Shown in pieces: positions 61,413 to 64,000 of a DNA stretch of 64,000 nucleotides (its first letter is position 1; each line of letters begins with the position of its first letter). Source of the DNA: an uncultured virus (IMG/VR IMGVR_UViG_3300043772_000843) (taxonomy: Duplodnaviria; Heunggongvirae; Uroviricota; Caudoviricetes); the IMG/VR virus record IMGVR_UViG_3300043772_000843, one strand, 5' to 3'. Both the position numbers and the translations under genes were made by a program. Under the pieces are notes generated by a model. That model did no database searches. It was not told the origin of the DNA and was given only the letters and a program-made list of their open reading frames with translations.

Positions 61413-62960
61413 TCAGTAGTACGCCGCTTTGCGGGCGTGGAAGTGTTGAGGTTCGCGGAAGTCAGATGGCAAGCCAATCAGCCCACCTTGTCTGAAGCGC
61501 GACAGCGCCATCGAGGTGCAGTCCACCATGTCATCATGGGACCCGAAGGGGAATGCCACGCACTGTTCAATCACTTCTTCAGCCCACCGTCGTCCCTCGG
61601 GATACCAGACCATGCCGCTGCGGATAATGTCAGCCACGGCGCTCAGACGAGCCACTTTATCACCGGTGCCACGGTGCGGCGTAAATTCTTGCACCGGGAT
61701 ACCCATACGGCGTAGCTCTTGGTACAGAGGCACCCCGCTGGACTTCTTCTCGACAATGAACGCTTCCGGCTCCCATTCGTTCCACTCGCGAATGGCGAGG
61801 TCTTTCAGTTCCGGGAACTCAACACGCACGTTGATGGCGTTCAGTAGGATGATGTGTGGCTCGCCGTTGGTCAGATTGTCGTCACTAAAAACTCCCCAGG
61901 TGAGAAGGGCGGTGAAGTCGGCACGGTTGTTCTTTTCCGCCGCTGCGTCCAACGTCATGATGACAAAATCACACTTGGGCGGGTCGTCCAACTTCCAAGA
62001 TCGCCACCAATCGCGCTGGATAATCGCACCCTGCTCCCCGGTGGGGTTCTGCATGTACTGTGCGTTCCATTGGAACAGCGGCATGGACGCTTTGGTCCGT
62101 TCCAAGGCTTCGAGATCGAATTTTTCCGGCCAAAGGGCCTTTTCGACAACTTCAACGCCATCTGGGCCTTCCTTTTCGACGGTTAGTATGGCTGGGAACT
62201 CGAAGACTTCGTACTGATCTGCCTTGGGATTGTTGGCACCGTCCTTGATCAGGTGCCCAATGAGGTCATCTTGGTGCCAGCGGGTGTGAACTACCGCTAC
62301 ACGGCCCCCCGACATGAGACGAGTACGTGCACCGAAGGCGAACCACTGGTAGGTTTTCTCCAGTTCATCGAAATTGCCCGTAAGCAGGTCTTGTTCTGAG
62401 TGCGGATCGTCGACTAAAAGAAGGTCAGCACCGCGACCAGCGAGGGCGGCACCGACGCCCGTGGCGAAATATTCCCCTCCGGAGTTGGTTGACCACCGTC
62501 CAGCGCTTTTTGAGTCCTGAGCAAGGGTGATGGCGGGAAATACGGCCTTGTAACGTGCGTCATCAATGAGGTTTCGCACCTTTCGACCGAAATCGACGGC
62601 CAGATCGCCAGTGTGTGACACCATCAGCACCTTTTTATTGGGGAATTTCCCCAAAAACCATGCTGGAAACAGCGTGCTGATCAGGTGCGACTTACCATGC
62701 CGAGGGGGGATGGAGACTGCGATCCGATCTTTGAGCCCGTAAGCGATGTTTGTCAGCAGTTCCGCAAGTCGTTTGTGGTGGGTAGCGATGACATACGATG
62801 GGTCCATATGTTGGCAAAATGCCAACAGGTCATCCTGACACTTCTTGGCGTGCTTTCTCCGCTCCAGCTCCTCCAGCACCGACAGTAGGCGTGTCTGCTC
62901 ATCGGCAGTCAGCCTGTGGATGTTCGCCAAGGCGAATTGGATCTCCTGTTCGGTCAGCAC
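61413..62960 (-). CDS. terL: Terminase large subunit
   Basis: PPRHGKS, GRGADLLLVDD, TRWH.DD, IVEKKSSG, FP...HDD.VD. Confidence 0.93.
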   Translation of the reverse strand: MLTEQEIQFALANIHRLTADEQTRLLSVLEELERRKHAKKCQDDLLAFCQHMDPSYVIATHHKRLAELLTNIAYGLKDRIAVSIPPRHGKSHLISTLFPAWFLGKFPNKKVLMVSHTGDLAVDFGRKVRNLIDDARYKAVFPAITLAQDSKSAGRWSTNSGGEYFATGVGAALAGRGADLLLVDDPHSEQDLLTGNFDELEKTYQWFAFGARTRLMSGGRVAVVHTRWHQDDLIGHLIKDGANNPKADQYEVFEFPAILTVEKEGPDGVEVVEKALWPEKFDLEALERTKASMPLFQWNAQYMQNPTGEQGAIIQRDWWRSWKLDDPPKCDFVIMTLDAAAEKNNRADFTALLTWGVFSDDNLTNGEPHIILLNAINVRVEFPELKDLAIREWNEWEPEAFIVEKKSSGVPLYQELRRMGIPVQEFTPHRGTGDKVARLSAVADIIRSGMVWYPEGRRWAEEVIEQCVAFPFGSHDDMVDCTSMALSRFRQGGLIGLPSDFREPQHFHARKAAYY

Positions 62961-62985
62961 GGGTCGAGTTGGGTTGGGTTGGGGG

Positions 62986-63582
62986 TCAGCTCAACAGCGC
63001 GTCAACGTCGATTGGTTTAGTGGTTGTGATGGGCGGAGCCAGCACCACCGCCTCTTCAGCGTCTTCCGTACCCATGAGCTTGCGCAACTTGTCCTTGAGG
63101 GTGTTCTCAAGGTCGACCGTCGAGCGATTGTTGACGGTGATCTCGGTGCGTTCGGTGAACAGTCCGACGTCGCTGACCTTGCCGAGCATCTCAAGGGCTC
63201 GCATTCTGATGCGGGCGTCGGGGTTTTCCGACTCGATGATCAACCTGTTGGTGACGTAGTGGCGCAGACGCTTGGCATCCCGCACCACCTCCATGTCGTA
63301 CCGGGTCAGGATGGCATTGACGTAGTAGGCACCCTCGGGCGTTTCCAAGGCTCCATTGACCTTCGGTGGCGTCTCACCCTTGCTTGCGGAGCGCAACACG
63401 TTCTCTGCCACGTCGGTCAGCTCACACACGTCAGGTGGCTCGTCCTCGTAGCCCTCAGACAACAAAAGGCCAGCGGTGTTGCACGCGGCCTGTGCACGGG
63501 CCCGCACCTCGTTGTACGAAACCCCCTGCGGGGGCTTGCCTATGGGCAGTGGGACGAAGTCTTCAACCTGCGTTTTGATCAT
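62986..63582 (-). CDS. Putative terminase small subunit
   Basis: Immediately upstream of TerL; RALEMLGK.SDVGLFTER.EIT. Confidence 0.6.
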   Translation of the reverse strand: MIKTQVEDFVPLPIGKPPQGVSYNEVRARAQAACNTAGLLLSEGYEDEPPDVCELTDVAENVLRSASKGETPPKVNGALETPEGAYYVNAILTRYDMEVVRDAKRLRHYVTNRLIIESENPDARIRMRALEMLGKVSDVGLFTERTEITVNNRSTVDLENTLKDKLRKLMGTEDAEEAVVLAPPITTTKPIDVDALLS

Positions 63583-63616
63583 GGTGGCTTCCTGCGCCGC
63601 ACCTGGGCGTAATGCC

Positions 63617-63646
63617 ATGGTACCCCGATTTGCGCCCTCGCGTCAA
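63617..63646 (-). promoter_or_regulatory. Possible sigma70-type promoter for the virion arm
   Basis: Minus strand TTGACG, 18-bp spacer, TACCAT, about 35 nt before the terS-like ATG. Confidence 0.5.
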
Positions 63647-64000
63647 CTCGGTGTTTTGGTTCTATCCCGTGTCACTTTGCTGCCCATTTTGGTACCATAA
63701 ACCGGGGGGTACTTTAGGTACCATTGACGGGGGGTGTTCGCATATTTAAGTACCCCGGGGGTGTACTTGTTAAAGTCCCACATACGGAAATTATTTGTCA
63801 TCGTGGGTGCGGAATACAGCGTAACGCGCGGGCGGGACTCCAAACCCATAGCGGGGGGTGGGGGGACGGTGGGGTCCAATTTACCGGTAAACACGTTGAC
63901 GGGAACCGTGGATATGTTACAGTCCGTTCACTGCATCGATCGATGCGGTCCGACCCGGCGGAACCGGGGTGACACAAACCCGAATGAGGTAATGTCATGG

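Noticed and set aside
1..64000. tRNA, integrase, phage RNA polymerase, spanins, alternative genetic code
   Set aside because: None recognised by eye. Genes end in standard stop codons and long ORFs are intact in the standard code. tRNAscan/HMM searches were not run.

Overview
The window is most or all of a ~64-kb dsDNA tailed-phage genome (podovirus-like; GC-rich, so a proteobacterial host is inferred but not shown). It has two convergent arms. The + arm (1.0-24.3 kb) carries many small early genes, a DUF3150-like/MoxR-type AAA+/metallopeptidase-vWA module, and replication genes (VRR-NUC, family A DNA polymerase, PD-(D/E)xK nuclease, 3'-5' exonuclease, SNF2 helicase, primase-helicase). The - arm (63.6-24.4 kb) carries TerS-like, TerL, portal, GroES, scaffold, Mu gpT-like major capsid, small basic proteins, adaptors, a ~1980-aa repeat fibre, GH108 lysin, holin, tail and ejection proteins, and three free-standing homing endonucleases. 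I saw no integrase, RNA polymerase, tRNA, CRISPR array or reverse transcriptase. The most unusual signals are: (1) a ~620-nt highly structured non-coding leader after a consensus sigma70 promoter and an rRNA-type boxA; (2) four divergent paralogous ~90-aa genes joined by a conserved junction sequence and translationally chained to the AAA+/vWA-peptidase module; (3) a 12-bp palindrome TTTAYNRGTAAA found nine times, only in the early/terminal region; (4) a shared [FYLM]xxGG motif in many head-region and ejection proteins; (5) an apparent ATC start on the giant fibre gene; (6) several candidate small structured RNAs. All product names come from recognising motifs by eye, not from database searches.
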